A DNA stretch of 64,000 nucleotides. Source: the human T2T-CHM13v2.0 reference genome, Homo sapiens. The stretch lies in assembly GCF_009914755.1 (NCBI RefSeq), contig NC_060928.1, one strand, 5' to 3'. This document shows positions 38,524 to 52,910 of the stretch, piece by piece; within the stretch, counting starts at the first letter, position 1, and each line of letters opens with the position of its first letter. The notes beneath the pieces are model-generated. The model worked only from the letters and a program-made list of their open reading frames with translations, was not told where the DNA came from and searched no databases. Made by a program: the position numbers and the translations under genes.

Positions 38524-40612
38524 CTGTCAGTCAGAGAGACGCATGTCAAAGCCTCACTCACACCAGCCGTGACTGTGTGCATGGGCTCAGTGAGTCAGGT
38601 CCAGCTGGCAGCACTGGTCTTTTCTGATGGGTTGGGATGGAGTTGGCGTTGACTTTACAAGCCAGGTGCTAGGTGCCAATCAATCGGGACTGGGGCCTGT
38701 GAAACATGTATTTATTCAGTGATACTGACTCAGTGCCTGCCAGGTGTTTCAGGTGATGTGGTGATGAAGTAGACATGGTCCCTCCTCCCAGTGCGGCCAG
38801 TGGGAGATCCAATTCCAGAACTGCGGAGGTTAGAGTGGGGCACAGAGGAAAAGAGGAAGGGGAAGTTCCATGGTCAAAGTATGAGAAAATGGTGCTCAGG
38901 AGTTCAACATTTTGTTCTAGAAGATGCAGGTGTTCTTGCGACGCTGCTGGTAGAAATGTCTCTGGTTGGGGCCAGGCATGTGGTGGCTCATGTCTATAAT
39001 CCCAGCACTTTAGGAGGCTGAGGCAGACGGATCACTTGAGGCCAGGAGTTCAAGATCAGCCTGGGCAACAAAGTAAGGCCTAGTTTCTATTTATTAACAA
39101 GAAAAGAAAAAAAGGACTTTGGCTGGGCAGTGGCTGAGTTCCGCAAGCATGTGAGCAGGTTCAGTGACCACAGAAGCCTGGGTCTGGGCCCTGTCCCACC
39201 AGGAGGTTCTGTGTGGCCCTGGGGATGTTGCCTGACCCACATTAAAGCCCATTTCTTCACTGTATATTAGGAACAAGAGCCCTTATCCTCAGCTGGGAGC
39301 CCCATGAGCTAAGGCATGGGAAGTTCTAAGCAGTGTGTGGTTTCTACTTGGTGCTCAATATACACTCATTCCCTCCCATTTTCCTCCAGAAGAGAATAAT
39401 AATGTAAATAGAGAATGAGGAATCCATGAGAACATCATCCCTTGCTCGACAGTGGGATCCTAGGGAAAGCCTTGGCCCTGGGGAGTGCTGTATCCTTGGA
39501 AGGAACCCCAGAGAGACAAGCAGCCTGAGGACCTGCCTTCCTGGGGGAGCATGGCCGGGACCAGCAGTGGTCTTGGCTGTCCTCTGTGATAGGTAAACTC
39601 TAGGGTTGTACTAGAGGGTGCTCCAGGGACCTTTGGACAGGATGGTGCAGAAGCATGGCCCAGGGGGTGAAGGTGTGGGGTCTGTGAAGACCAGGGAAGA
39701 ACCCTCTGGAGGAATGGGACCGACCAGTCTCTCTGATCCAGCCCTCCTTTCAGCCAGGCCACTCCTGGCCCTGGCCAGCTGATGGTGTAGCAGCTCTGGA
39801 CAGAGAGAATATTCAAGTCTTAGGAGAGTGAAAAGGCAGGTGTTTGCTTCCATTGCTTTGTCAGCAAGAGTGGGAAGGTCTAGGGTGCCCTGTTCTCCCA
39901 AAGTTTATCCCGGCAGAAAGGGATAAAGTCATAGTCCTTCTATGCCCAGGACTGCCTGATGAACTGGCACCATTTGGCTGGAAATGAAAAATCTCCAATA
40001 TCTCTCTTAGGGCTTAAGATCTATTATTGTGATATATTCACAAATAAGTTATGTGTTTTGCTACACTTTGCTGAAATAATTCATCTATGACTCTTTCTTT
40101 CTGTCAAATTCCAACCACCATCCTCACCTAGTGCCTCAGCTATGGCACTGCAATGGAAAATTCCATTGGCTCTCAGAAAGAAATCAGATGGTGGCCAGAT
40201 ACACAAGGCTGGCCAGATGGGACTTTCTTTGAGTATCTTCTTAGACAAGTCTTTTCTCACCTCCAATCTGCTGTTAAGCCCATCTGGTGAATTTTTTATT
40301 TTGGATATATAGTTTTCAGTTCTAGAAATTCCATTTTAGAATTTTATTTCTTGAAGTTTTCTTTTTTTCATTTATTAAGAGCATATTTTCTTTTACTTCC
40401 TTGAGCTTAGTTATTAATAGAAACTTTAAAATCCTTGTCTGTTAATTCCAACATCTGGGTCATCTCAGGATCTGTTTCCATGATTGCCTTCTCTCTTGAG
40501 TATGGTTAAGCTATTCTGTTTCTTCCTGTTTAGGAATTTGGGGTTATATATTGGATATCATGCATGATATACGTAGAGTTTTAGATCCTATTATATTCTT
40601 CTAAGGGGTGCT

Positions 40613-40770
40613 ATTTTTTTTTTCCTTTTGAGACAGTGTCTTGCTGTGTTACCCAGGCTGGAGGGCAATGGTATGATCATAGCTCACTGCAGCTTTCAAT
40701 TCCTGGGCTCAAGCAATCCTCCTGCCTCAGCCTTCTGAGTAGCTACAGATGTATGCCCACCCTGCCTGGT
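40613..40770 (-). mobile_element. Alu monomer (FLAM-like)
   Basis: Poly-T plus a single reverse Alu arm between near-identical target-site copies. Confidence 0.8.
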
Positions 40771-40789
40771 TAAGGAGTACTAATTTTTT

Positions 40790-43475
40790 GTTTACACTTT
40801 TTATATATTTATTTTGAAGTGTTTATTTAGGACAAATGGTTTTTAAAAATGTATAAAAATAATTCACATATAAATCCAACTTCTATATTTACATGGTCCC
40901 TTAAAAGATTTTCATTTTATTATCATTAAAAATGTATTTCAACAATCTCCACAGTACTCTCAAAGGTCAGGAATTTTAAGATTTTCTAATAGAAAAATTT
41001 TAGTATTTATCTACAGAAAAATAATGAAACTAGGAATTATATCGTATTTTAAAACATAATGTCTCAACTATGCTGTGCCACATAAGAATAATCTTCACAC
41101 TAATCTATAATAATTCCAAGTGCTGGCATTTTCGTTTATGAACAAAGCACAAAAATATCTCATAGAAAAAAATATTTCATCATAAAAAACATAGAAAGTT
41201 GAATGCTTCAAACAAAAATATCTGAGGTCTGATTTCACAACATCCAGTTTCCATATCCACTTTGTAAACATATACTCAGTATAGGTTACCAACTTAAATA
41301 AAGCCTGTTATCACTGAAAGAAGACATAGTTTAAAAAAAATTCAGTGCAAAAATACGCATTAGCTAATCAACTGATCTACAACAATTTTCATGAAAATCA
41401 CAATTTGAATCCCATAATATAAAGTGATCCTCTAAGACTTTAATTAAAAATAAAAAGCTCTACAACAGCCATCAAGTTTTCTTTTGTTACTATTCTCTAG
41501 TAAATGCTTTTTTTTTATTAGCTTTTACAATGTCATCAGGTGATGCTGATTTGAAGTCAAATGGTATTATCGCTACAAGAGGACTTATTTCTTTGTCCTT
41601 TACATCTTGAACTTGTCTACTATAAAGAAAAGTCTTACAGAGGTCAAGGGTGCGTCGCTTGCAGCTTTTTAGTGGGTAACGAAGACACAGTGTTGAGGCA
41701 AAAGCTGAAGGTCTAGCAGCAACGGCCTTGGTCCGAGACAGAGAAAAAGGTGGTTTCCTAGTCAGACAGCCTTTATTGTTTTTCTCATTATCCTTAGCAA
41801 AATTGGATTTCTTCCCTAGCTTTGAACTTAGAACTTTAGTTCGTGATGAAGGAGCAATGGATTGGTCTACTATAGGCTTTGGAAGAAAATCTGGGTTTTT
41901 TTTATAAGGACCCTAAGATCAATATTTGAATCTATTCCAGGAGACCTCACTTCAGATAAACTGACCTCAAAGGACTCTTTCTTAATCTGAGAGTTGTATA
42001 CATCAATTGTTTCTGCAATCAATTCAGAAAGTGACAAATTCTCAAGGTCTCTTGTGGGAGAAGCTTTAGGAAATGCCAATGACAACATAGATCCTGTTAA
42101 TTCTGATATTCCTGGTGAAGACTGACAGTGATTTGCTAATTGTGACAGGGGAAAGGATCCCAAACTTAGATCTGTGAAACTGACAGATGACTGGTTACAA
42201 AGGTCAGACAAAGTAAAGCACTGGCTTATATTGTTTTCTTTGTGTTCCCGAAACAGTTCAGTTAGGGATGGACTTTCACACTGGGAAAACTGCAAATTAT
42301 CATTTTTAAAAATGTAATTCTTGGCACTTTGTTCAACTAAAGAAACACTTCCAACTTCAGTTTCTTTACTAGCATTTAAATTATCAACAGTCATATTTTC
42401 CAACAAGCTAGTTAAGCACAAAGGATTATCTGAACTTCCTAAACTGTCCTGTACTGGAATGTTTTAAAAATCAGATAGTGAATTACTTTGAATATATGAA
42501 GAATTATTCAGTGTTGTGCTCTTTATCATTATGGACTTTAAATCTGGTATTTCTTTGAATGCAGAATCATCTTTGGAAGCACATTCAGATGGATGAAGTC
42601 TCAACAAATCAGCATCTAGGTTCTTTGAAAGCAGACTTTCCAGACTGTCTGTAGATGACAATCTGACTGATGGCTGACTTTCACAGGAATCTCTTGACAT
42701 ATCAGGAATTAAGTTAGCTAGTGAAAGTTCTTTTGTTAACCTACATGATTCTGGTTTCTTTTCACTTTTAAGTCTGTCAAGTTTCTTTTTCCTATGGAGT
42801 AAACAGTGACTTGGAACTGAAGAATTATGAGATAATCCATATTTTCCTACTGAGCTAGAAAAATCAAAGGGTTTGCTACTATAATCCAAATGATTTGCTA
42901 ACTGAGGATAAGAACTTTGAACATTATCAGCTGAAACTTCAGAAGAAGAAAATAAGACTCCTTACCTTTTGCTATCTTTCCTGTAGATACTCTTCCCTCA
43001 TTCTTGTCCTTCAAATTCTACATGCTATCTTGTTCCAGAACCTCTGACAAAGGCTTCTGCACATCAAACTTGTTCTTCAGAACTGATTCAATCAATATTT
43101 CATCTGGCACAGCATCTCCAAGTACTTTCTCTCATGTGATCAAGGCATGAATAAAAACGAGCTTGATTAAATCCACTGAGCTGATGGTTCGAAACATAAT
43201 TGAAAGATTCTTTCAGATCTTCATGATCGTATTCTTCTATAGGCTCAACGGAAGGTTTGTCACGCTGTGAATAAATAAACTGAGCAGCTGTTGATAGCAA
43301 AATACAAGAATCATCCTCTACAGACTGGCCATGGTGATCATCATCTTCAAGATCTTCATCGCAGTCACAGCCTCGAACATTCCGATGCTGGGCCATGACG
43401 GTGGAGAGGGCGTTTGCTACAGCCCCTTAACTCCTTCCAAAACACTCCGCTTAGATACTGATAAGGTGCCAGCTC
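40790..43475 (-). pseudogene. Processed pseudogene of the HBS1L short (SKI7-like, HBS1LV3) isoform
   Basis: Intronless. [33 protein letters not shown]-terminus (ATG at 43396), then the alternative last exon ending RPSAFASTL...PFDFKSASPDDIVKANKKKAFTRE* (stop 41490-41492). Frameshifts and stops. 3'UTR with AATAAA at 40808-40813. TSD AGGAGTACTA(A)TTTTT at 40773 and 43476. Confidence 0.93.
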
Positions 43476-44538
43476 AGGAGTACTATTTTTAAAGGGGCAC
43501 TTAGTTTGGCTAAAATCAAACTCTGTCTCCCTGTAGTGGGAAAACACTGAAATCTCAGGTCAGTCCTTTTTGCCTTGGCTTCTGGGTTGTTTGAAGTCTG
43601 TCCCATTCATGCATAGTTAGGGGTCAGCCAAGGATCTGAGCAGAGTTCAAACCTAGAATTTGGCCTCATTTCCTGGCTCTCTTCTTTCTAGAATTTCTCA
43701 TTTCACTTTCCAGATCCTCTGGTTGTCCAGAACTCTGTCCTCCAGTTCTTCAAGCTAGTAGGATTGTATGTTCTAGCAGAGTTTCTGTCCCCACAGCATC
43801 AACTGAGGTTTGCCTTCAGGTGAGGGTCTATAGAATGAGAAATTCACCAGTGCCATTCCTTTCTTCCAGGTGTCAGCTGACCTCCAATTTCTGTTGCTCT
43901 GGTCACTTCCCAGTGCCTCTGGGTAGTTGTCTTTTTATACATTTTCCACAGTTTATAGTTGATCCCTGTGTGAGGGCTGCTCCAATGGGAGCGACTTGGC
44001 CATAACCAGAAGTCATGCCTTGCTTTCTAAATACTTATGGCCAAGGGAGAATCCCTTTCCTTTCTTCTATGGAGCTGTCGGGATCTCTGAAGGGCAGCAG
44101 GTGGCCCCGGTCCCCAGGCATAAAGAAAGCCCATCCACAAGAGAGCGGACGGTGTGGTGGCTCCACAAGCAGCAGGGACGAGAGACTGAGATGGAGCCTG
44201 AGGGTCTGGGAGGCCTTCCAGGCCCTGGATCTTTGCTCCTCACTCCTTGGACACCCTTAGCAGTGGGACTGTCACACTCAAAGGCCACTGTCCCTTCCCC
44301 AAGCAGGACGGCTTTTGGCTCTGTGGGGACTTCTCTGTCCCATGCTTCCGCTGGACTGCTCCTTCTTTTCATAGAACTTGTCCCCACACTGTGATTCCGT
44401 TGATCCTGTTTCACACACAGGCCCTGAGAGATCTGCATGCTGGGGACACTAAGTACTCCATACCTCTGAAATCCTACACGAACACACAATTTGACTCTTC
44501 CCACAGACGGCTAACCCTATCCGGTGGGTACACGTGAA

Positions 44539-44540
<2 letters not shown>

Positions 44541-44584
<44 letters not shown>

Positions 44585-44589
44585 CGCGC
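44541..44589. repeat. (TG)18(CG)6 compound microsatellite
   Basis: Read directly. Confidence 0.95.
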
Positions 44590-46699
44590 TACAATTTGAC
44601 GTTTAGCAGGGACAGTCTTCACTCCCTTCACTCCCTTTTCTCCGAGTGCTCTTCTGCCCCACACATATTGCTAACAGGCTTTCACTCCTGTTTATGTCTC
44701 TAGGGCTGAGCAAGTGCCTGCACATAGTGGGCCTGTGGGAACGTGGGCTGGTCTAGCTGGAACAGACCTGACATTGAATCCTACGCTGCTTTCAAAACTC
44801 AGCTCGGGTGTTGCTGCTCTGGGCCAGCTCCTGGACTCTCCCAACTCTCCCTGGGCTGGGTCCCTCCCCTGGCTCCCTTGGCACCAGGGACTCCTGCAGA
44901 TGCACTGATGGCACAGTGCTGTGCGCCCAGGCCTCCTCCCGTGTCTCCTCTGACAGGTGCGAGCCCCTCGGGAACAGGCACTGAGCCAGGCGGTGTGCCC
45001 TCAGCACAGGCCTGTGGGTCACGTGATGACTGGATGTGGAGGCAAGCTTCAGAGTCAGGGAATCATCTGAGAAGACCCAAGAATTTGACTCTAGGAGCCA
45101 TAAACACTCAGATCAAGACCCGAGGAGTCAAGAGCTGCTTCCAGGAGAAGGCAGGTTCCTGCTGGGCTCAGCAGCAGCTGTGCGCAGGGCCGTCAGGCTG
45201 GGGACGGACATTTGAATTCAGTTGACTGATGGAGGAGCAGTGAGCCTGTGAGCCAGCCTCTGGGGTCAAGGCTCCCAGACAGTGGCTGCTCTGTTACTCC
45301 ATGTGTTCCCTACCAGCTCCCCCACGGTGGCTGCGGGGACTGAGCACACAGACCCTGCACCTTCTGGGGCATCTCCCCTGCCTCTCACAAAGTCCTGCTG
45401 CTTCCTCTGCTGTATTCATCACAGTCTTCACAATAGTCATGTCACCGATTTCTCAAGAATGTGTAGGAATCATGCCTTGCCCCATGCCCTCAGCATTTGT
45501 GGGCCGTTCAGAGGTATGTTATGTGAAAACACGTCACTACAATCCGCTGAAAGCTGGTAGGTGCAAAGCTCCTCTATGGAGTTTCCAAAGCGCCCCAGCA
45601 GCCTGGGAGGCCTGGCAAGTTGACTGGCTTCCTCAGTCCCAGCTCATGTGACAAAGTTTCAAACACAAGGAGAACAGAGACCAGCCTAAGCCCACAGCAG
45701 TGGATACACAGTAATTCCAGCTGTCAAGCCAGACCGGAACAATGGGAACAGCAGAGCCGGAGGCTCAGGGTGGGAACCCTTGTCACTGTCACAGCTAAAA
45801 GCAGCCAAATTACCCTTTTCAACATTATGGCTAATGACTCAGTGCTTATTTACAAAATGTAGCTCTTTTCCTCTCCAGAAAAAAAAAAAAAGTGAATACT
45901 CCAGAAGGAGCCAAACGGGTGGCAGAGAAGACCACCTTTTTCTGGGTAGGTGGGGGCATCCATCCTGCTGGAGGACAGCTGCCCCACGGCAGGTGCTCGG
46001 CACTCTCATTCTCCATCCCTCCCTCCTAGCTGGATTTGGGGTGGCTGCCCCCACTGGGGACAAGGCCGGGGCTGCCACAGGAGACCTACAGAAGCTGCTC
46101 AGTCACTTGGAGGCATTTACTGACATGGCACAGAAGTGAAGTAGGACTCAGACGTAACGGCAGATGACAGAGATGAGAGCTGACTGTGTGCCAGGTATGG
46201 CCCCATGCACCCTATGAGAGCATTTTCCCAGGAGGAGATGGCACAGGGAGGCGGAGGGCCTTGCACAAGGCCACACAGTCAGGAGCTGATAGGGTTGGGG
46301 ATCAAGCCCAGGCTGCCGGGCCCAGGACTGGGGAGGTGATGTCCTGCCGGCAGAGCAGAAGCAAATGTTATGTTTGCAACACAAGATGCAGCAGGATGCA
46401 AGGCAACAAACTCTCATATAATTTGGCAGAGTGATGCCTTCCCCCAAGACAGAGGCCCCAGGGAGGTTCAGGGGTGCAGCACAGAAGAGGCTGAGAGGAG
46501 GCAGTGGACCAAGCAACTCTGAGGAGAATCAATCCAATGTCACACTACTGTCACTCACAGAACCTAGTTCTTTAAAACAAAGTTTCTTAGTCTATTTTCC
46601 AAAAACCATGTATACAATCAAAATGTTTTCAAAAGTGGAGCTGAGACCACCAAGTCCACTAATTTGTTCCTGTGTCTTCTCTGTGCCAGGCAGTGAGCT

Positions 46700-47360
46700 A
46701 ACGTGATGAGCTCCTATCTTTGAGGTACTCATGTTTGAGCTGGGGCATGAGACCATGAACAGGCGAGTGGGTGCCCAAGGTGTGAGGCCCATGTGGCAAG
46801 GAGCTGAGACCACCTCCGGCTGACAGCCAGCAAGAAACAGAAGCCAGCCAGGTGCGGTGGCTCATGCCTGTAATCCCAGCACTTTGGGAGGCCAAGATGG
46901 GCAGATCACTTGAGGTCAGGAGTTCAAGACCAGCCTGGCCAACATGGTGAAACCCCATCTCTACTAAAAATACAAAAATTAGCCGAATGTGGTGGCAGGT
47001 GCCTGTCACCCCAGCTACTCAGGAGGCTGAGGCAGGAGGCTTGAGCCCAGGAGTTGGAGGTTGAGCCAATTTTGTGCTCAATGCAGTGAGCCGAGATTGT
47101 GCCACTGCATTCCAGCCTGGGGGATAGAGCAAGGTTCTGTCTCCAAAAAAAAAAAAAAAAAAAAAAAAAAGAAAGAAAGAAACAGAAGCCAACAAAGTGG
47201 ATCCTTCCCCAGTCAAGCCACAGATGTGATCACAGCCCCAGCCAACACCCTGACTGCAGCCCCTGCAGGGGACCCAGCTATGGCATGCCCACACCCAGAG
47301 AAACTGTGAGATAGTGTGTATTATTTTAAGTTACTACATTTGTGGCAATTTGTTACCTAA
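46700..47360 (+). mobile_element. MLT1-type MaLR LTR fragment interrupted by an Alu (~46845-47175)
   Basis: MLT1-like motifs (gacagccagcaagaaa; cagagaaactgtgagata...ttttaag...tttgtggcaatttgtta). Alu with TSD aagaaacagaagcca. Confidence 0.7.
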
Positions 47361-48645
47361 GAAATGGGTAACAAATACTGTGGTTGAGGAAGGTTGCACA
47401 GGGGAGAGTTGAGCACAGGTCTGCAGAAGTGAGGGATGGGTTCTGGTGGTACAGGGGCAGGTGTTCCCATAGAGGGAAGAGTAGTGCAAAGCTCTGAGGT
47501 TGGAGCTGGCCTGGCTGATTGGCTGTGGTTCTAGACAAGCTATCCATCCACAGTTTTGGGGCGGGGCACTCTGGACGCTTGTTCAACGGCACCACATTCT
47601 CAATGGAGACTGTAGGGCAGCTCTTAGGGACAATCTACTATGTGCTTGCCCCGTTATTCTTCCACTGAAGCTTGTTTGGTTTTGCTGCCTTTCTGTGAAT
47701 AAACAAAGGGTTTCCATGGCAGGATGGTGAATCTTCTTTTCAGGGTCTTTGCACAAGCCCTGCTACCCAAAGAAGAACTGATCACAGGGAAAAGGAGGTC
47801 TGAACAGGCTTAAGAAGGAGCTGGCTGGCTGGGGAAACTAGGCCATGCTGATTCAGCATGACCCAGGGCCAGAAAAGAATTAAAAAATCCCAGACAGCCC
47901 ATGTCAGGGAGTCCAAGGGAGAGTAGAAGAAGGGTGAGTGGAAGAGAGTAGAAGGCCTGCTCTGACATGGGTATTGGGGCTAGGGGGTAGGGGGAAGGAG
48001 GGAGAGGAGCAGAAACAGGAAGGGAAGCAAAAAGGGGAGGGGAGGGAGAGGCTTGCAGAAGAGGCCCCAGGCAGCCCAAACCTCTGGCCTTCAGTCCTTC
48101 CTGGCCTAGCCCCGCTTTCTCCTATCTGCTACCCCTGAGATTGGACCCCTACTGCTCTGCTCCCAGCCCAAGGCCTGGCTCTGCCCTCTCTGGGGTGCTT
48201 TGGCTGCATGGCCCAGCTGGGTGAGCTCTGCCCTAGGGAGATGGGGTGCATGTTGAGATGTGGCAATGAGTCCAAGCGCTGCACACCTTGAGGCTATCTA
48301 ACTTTATAATGCCTTGGCATGTGTGTGGACGAGGGTCTCCTCGAAGGTCTCCAAGCACAGCAGTGGTGCCTAGCACAGTGGTATGGTGTAGGGGTGGAGC
48401 CAACGGCTTGGTCACACTTGACCTGCCCAGCTCCGCGGCCTCCCCTGAGAGGCTGGATGTGACTCTGAGCAGGTCAAGGCATGGGGTGGTCTGGCCAGTG
48501 TCTGGTGACTGCAGGTGTCATCAGAGCATAAACAACACCCAGGGACTCACAGACGATTTCTGAGGCACAGCCACATTTAAACACAGGCACACAGCTGCCA
48601 GCTTACAGGTAACCCCGAGACCCCAGCTCCCGGCCCGCAGCCTAC

Positions 48646-48728
48646 CTGCTCCATAGACCACCGCGTACACCACCTTCTTGGTTTGCTCTCTGTCTGCGTG
48701 TGTCACCTGTTCCACGGGCACATCCTTC
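48646..48728 (-). CDS. POLN: DNA polymerase nu exon with motif B (O-helix); most 5' POLN exon found in the window
   Basis: tgcag|...|gtaggc. [27 protein letters not shown] fits R-x3-K-x3-Y-x3-YG, with the POLN-typical Lys and Tyr. 83 nt. Confidence 0.96.
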
Positions 48729-49474
48729 CTGCATGGAGAGACCATGTGTGAAGTTCAGGCACAGAAGGCACTGTCAGTGCAGGGCAGACAGTCCAACCAC
48801 ACACCCCACCACTGTGCTTCCTCTGGAAATTCCTTATGCTTTCATGGTGGCCGGCACACTGGCAGGGGAGACATTCCATACCTGTGGTGTCAGCTCAGCA
48901 AGGGCCCCAGGCAGATGCCTTCGGCGAGGCTGCAGCAGCTGCTGCCAGCCAAGCACCACCCCACGTTCCCAGGTGTCCACAAATCAAAACCCAAAACTGC
49001 TTTCACCAAAGGCATGCCCATCCAACTTCAGGAAAGGCCGTTCCCCATATTGGGGTGCCTGGGCCTGGGCCACGTCTGTGTCTGCTGCAGTGGGGGAGCT
49101 GGTTTCTAGGCCTATCTAGTCCCACTGCTTGACTGGATGAACAACTCTGTCCTGGCCTCCCACAGACAGAGGCCATGGGGGTGAGCCCCACCCTGGAGCT
49201 ACAGCATTCAGATAGAATAAGGATCAACTCAGCATCTGACTGGCATGTGAACCACAGCAATCTCCAGAGATTAAAGCTGAGACATCTGAGTAGCACAGGA
49301 GCTCCAGAGCACTCCCAGCACCACCAAGAGTCCCTCCTCCTCCGAGAGCACCTTCAAAGGACAGGCAGCCTGACATGTACCCTCGGTGCCACCTCCTGCC
49401 TGCTGCTTTTGTAAACATCCTTATCATCTACACCAGGCCTCCCTGATGGAGTGGGCATCTCAGATTCAGAAGCC

Positions 49475-49525
<51 letters not shown>
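49475..49525. repeat. (GA)n microsatellite
   Basis: Read directly. Confidence 0.95.
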
Positions 49526-49527
<2 letters not shown>

Positions 49528-50033
49528 ACAGAGAGAAACAGAAAAAGTAACAGAAACTTCTCCCAATCTGTTTTGTGGATGGCTTTGTGCTGGGGCCTCC
49601 TTCATTGCTTAGCCAGGCTTTTCACAGCTCTACCTTAGCCTTCACTTCCTACTTGCACTGAGCATAGAGACCAGCCCCAGGTGAAAGCTCAGGTCTTCTT
49701 AGATCTTTTCTGAGCATGCAAGCTCTCTGCGCATGTATGGTGCTTTCTACATTTCCCGATATCCACAGGTACTTTTGAATGCCCTAATTTCCAAAAGCAT
49801 CTCTCTCCTCAGTTTTTCTTCCAGAGCTTTCAGTGCTTCATTGTTTGCCTCAACTATAATTTTTAGCTCCAGGAAGCTGCAAGTTATTTGCCTTACAATG
49901 TTTCCAAGCAACGTCTGCCACTCTTCTGCAGCAAGTGGGTTCTGAGTTAGGTGAAACAATGACAAGTGCCTGTGGCAGCCCTTCAGGCAGCCACCAGACT
50001 GGTGAGAATAAATACCCACTTCTTTTCGAGTAA

Positions 50034-51249
<1,216 letters not shown>

Positions 51250-51289
51250 TTATAAAATATTTTTAAACTTAACCAAATGAAAATGTATC

Positions 51290-52645
51290 ATAGAGGTCTT
51301 GGTAAGTTTAGATTGATGCCAGGTACATAAGCAAGAGAAGGAGCTAGAATGATCCATGGGTAATGGGTTAGCACTGGAGACATCAGTATGAACTCATGAT
51401 AAGCTCCATGTTGATGCACATGGTTACAGAGAGAAATATCTAAAGATGTGTGTATACACACAGGTTGGCATGCATGCACAACTTCTTGTTCTGTCAGCTG
51501 AGAGGGCCTAGAAGCAACCTGCTCAGTAGCAAAGAGCACCTAGCACCAGAACTTGGCCTTTAATAGCCATTCTCCAGTAAAAAATGGGGCTCCCTGGAGA
51601 AATGGCTGATTCCAGGACTGGGGCAGGAAACATACAAGATGAACCTGGAATATCTTTTAGTGCCAGAAAGCAAGGAAGTGATAAATGTGTGTGCACATGC
51701 ACGTGCGTGCGCACACACACACACACACACACACACTGAAGAGGTTAAGTCAAGGGACACAGGAGCCAACTGAAAGAGGTCCCAATGGCCAAAGCTGGAA
51801 CAATTTAAGCAAGAAAACAAAAAATAAATTGTATTATAGCTATCCCAAAGTAAAAAATAAATATTCATGAATCCATACGAATTTGGATTCAAAGGATTAA
51901 ATAAATAAATGGGGGAGAACACAGATCTCCCACACAGAAGAAATCCAAATAATGTATATAGATACCCTGTTCTTAAGAAGACAAAGGGTAACCCCCAACT
52001 CCTTAATTAGAGGCTATGCTTAGTGACTTGCTCTCAAAGGGTACCATGTGGAATCGGAGTAGAAGAGAGTATCTTTATAGTAGAGAAACCTGACAAATAC
52101 GCTGTCACCCAGGTGACCCAGGTCAGCATCAGCAGGGGTAAGTCCTGTTGACAGTGCAAGTCCCTGATTCAGTGTGAAGGGAACGGCCCTGCACCTCTGT
52201 GCTCTTCCTCCCTCAAACCCCAAATCCCAGTCTAGTCATGAGAAAAACATCGGACAAACACCAGTTGAGGGACATTCTACAAAATACCTGACCAGTCCTC
52301 CTCAAAACTGTCAGGGTCATTGAAAACAGGGCAAGTCCAAGAAAGTGTCGCCATCAAAAGGAGCCTACAGAGACTGTGACTAAAAGCAGTGTGGTGTCAT
52401 GGAGGGGGTCCTGGAGCAGAAAGGGGACAGCAGGGAAAGACTGAGGAAATCCAAGTCATGTGTGGACTTTAGTTTATAATAACATACCAGTATTGGGTTC
52501 ATTCATTGTGACAAATGTACCATATTAATGGAAAACATTCATAACAGGGAAGCAGGGGTGGGATATATGAGAACTCTTTGTACTATCCTTGCCATTTTTA
52601 TGTCAATTTAAAACTGTTCTAAAATAAAAAGTTTATTTAAAAAAG
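51290..52645 (+). mobile_element. Old L1M (L1MC/MD-like) 3' end with internal (CA)n
   Basis: Motifs gagggacattctacaaaatacctgaccagt..ctcaaaactgtc and ...aactgttctaaaataaaaagttt. Confidence 0.7.
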
Positions 52646-52649
52646 TGAT

Positions 52650-52910
<261 letters not shown>

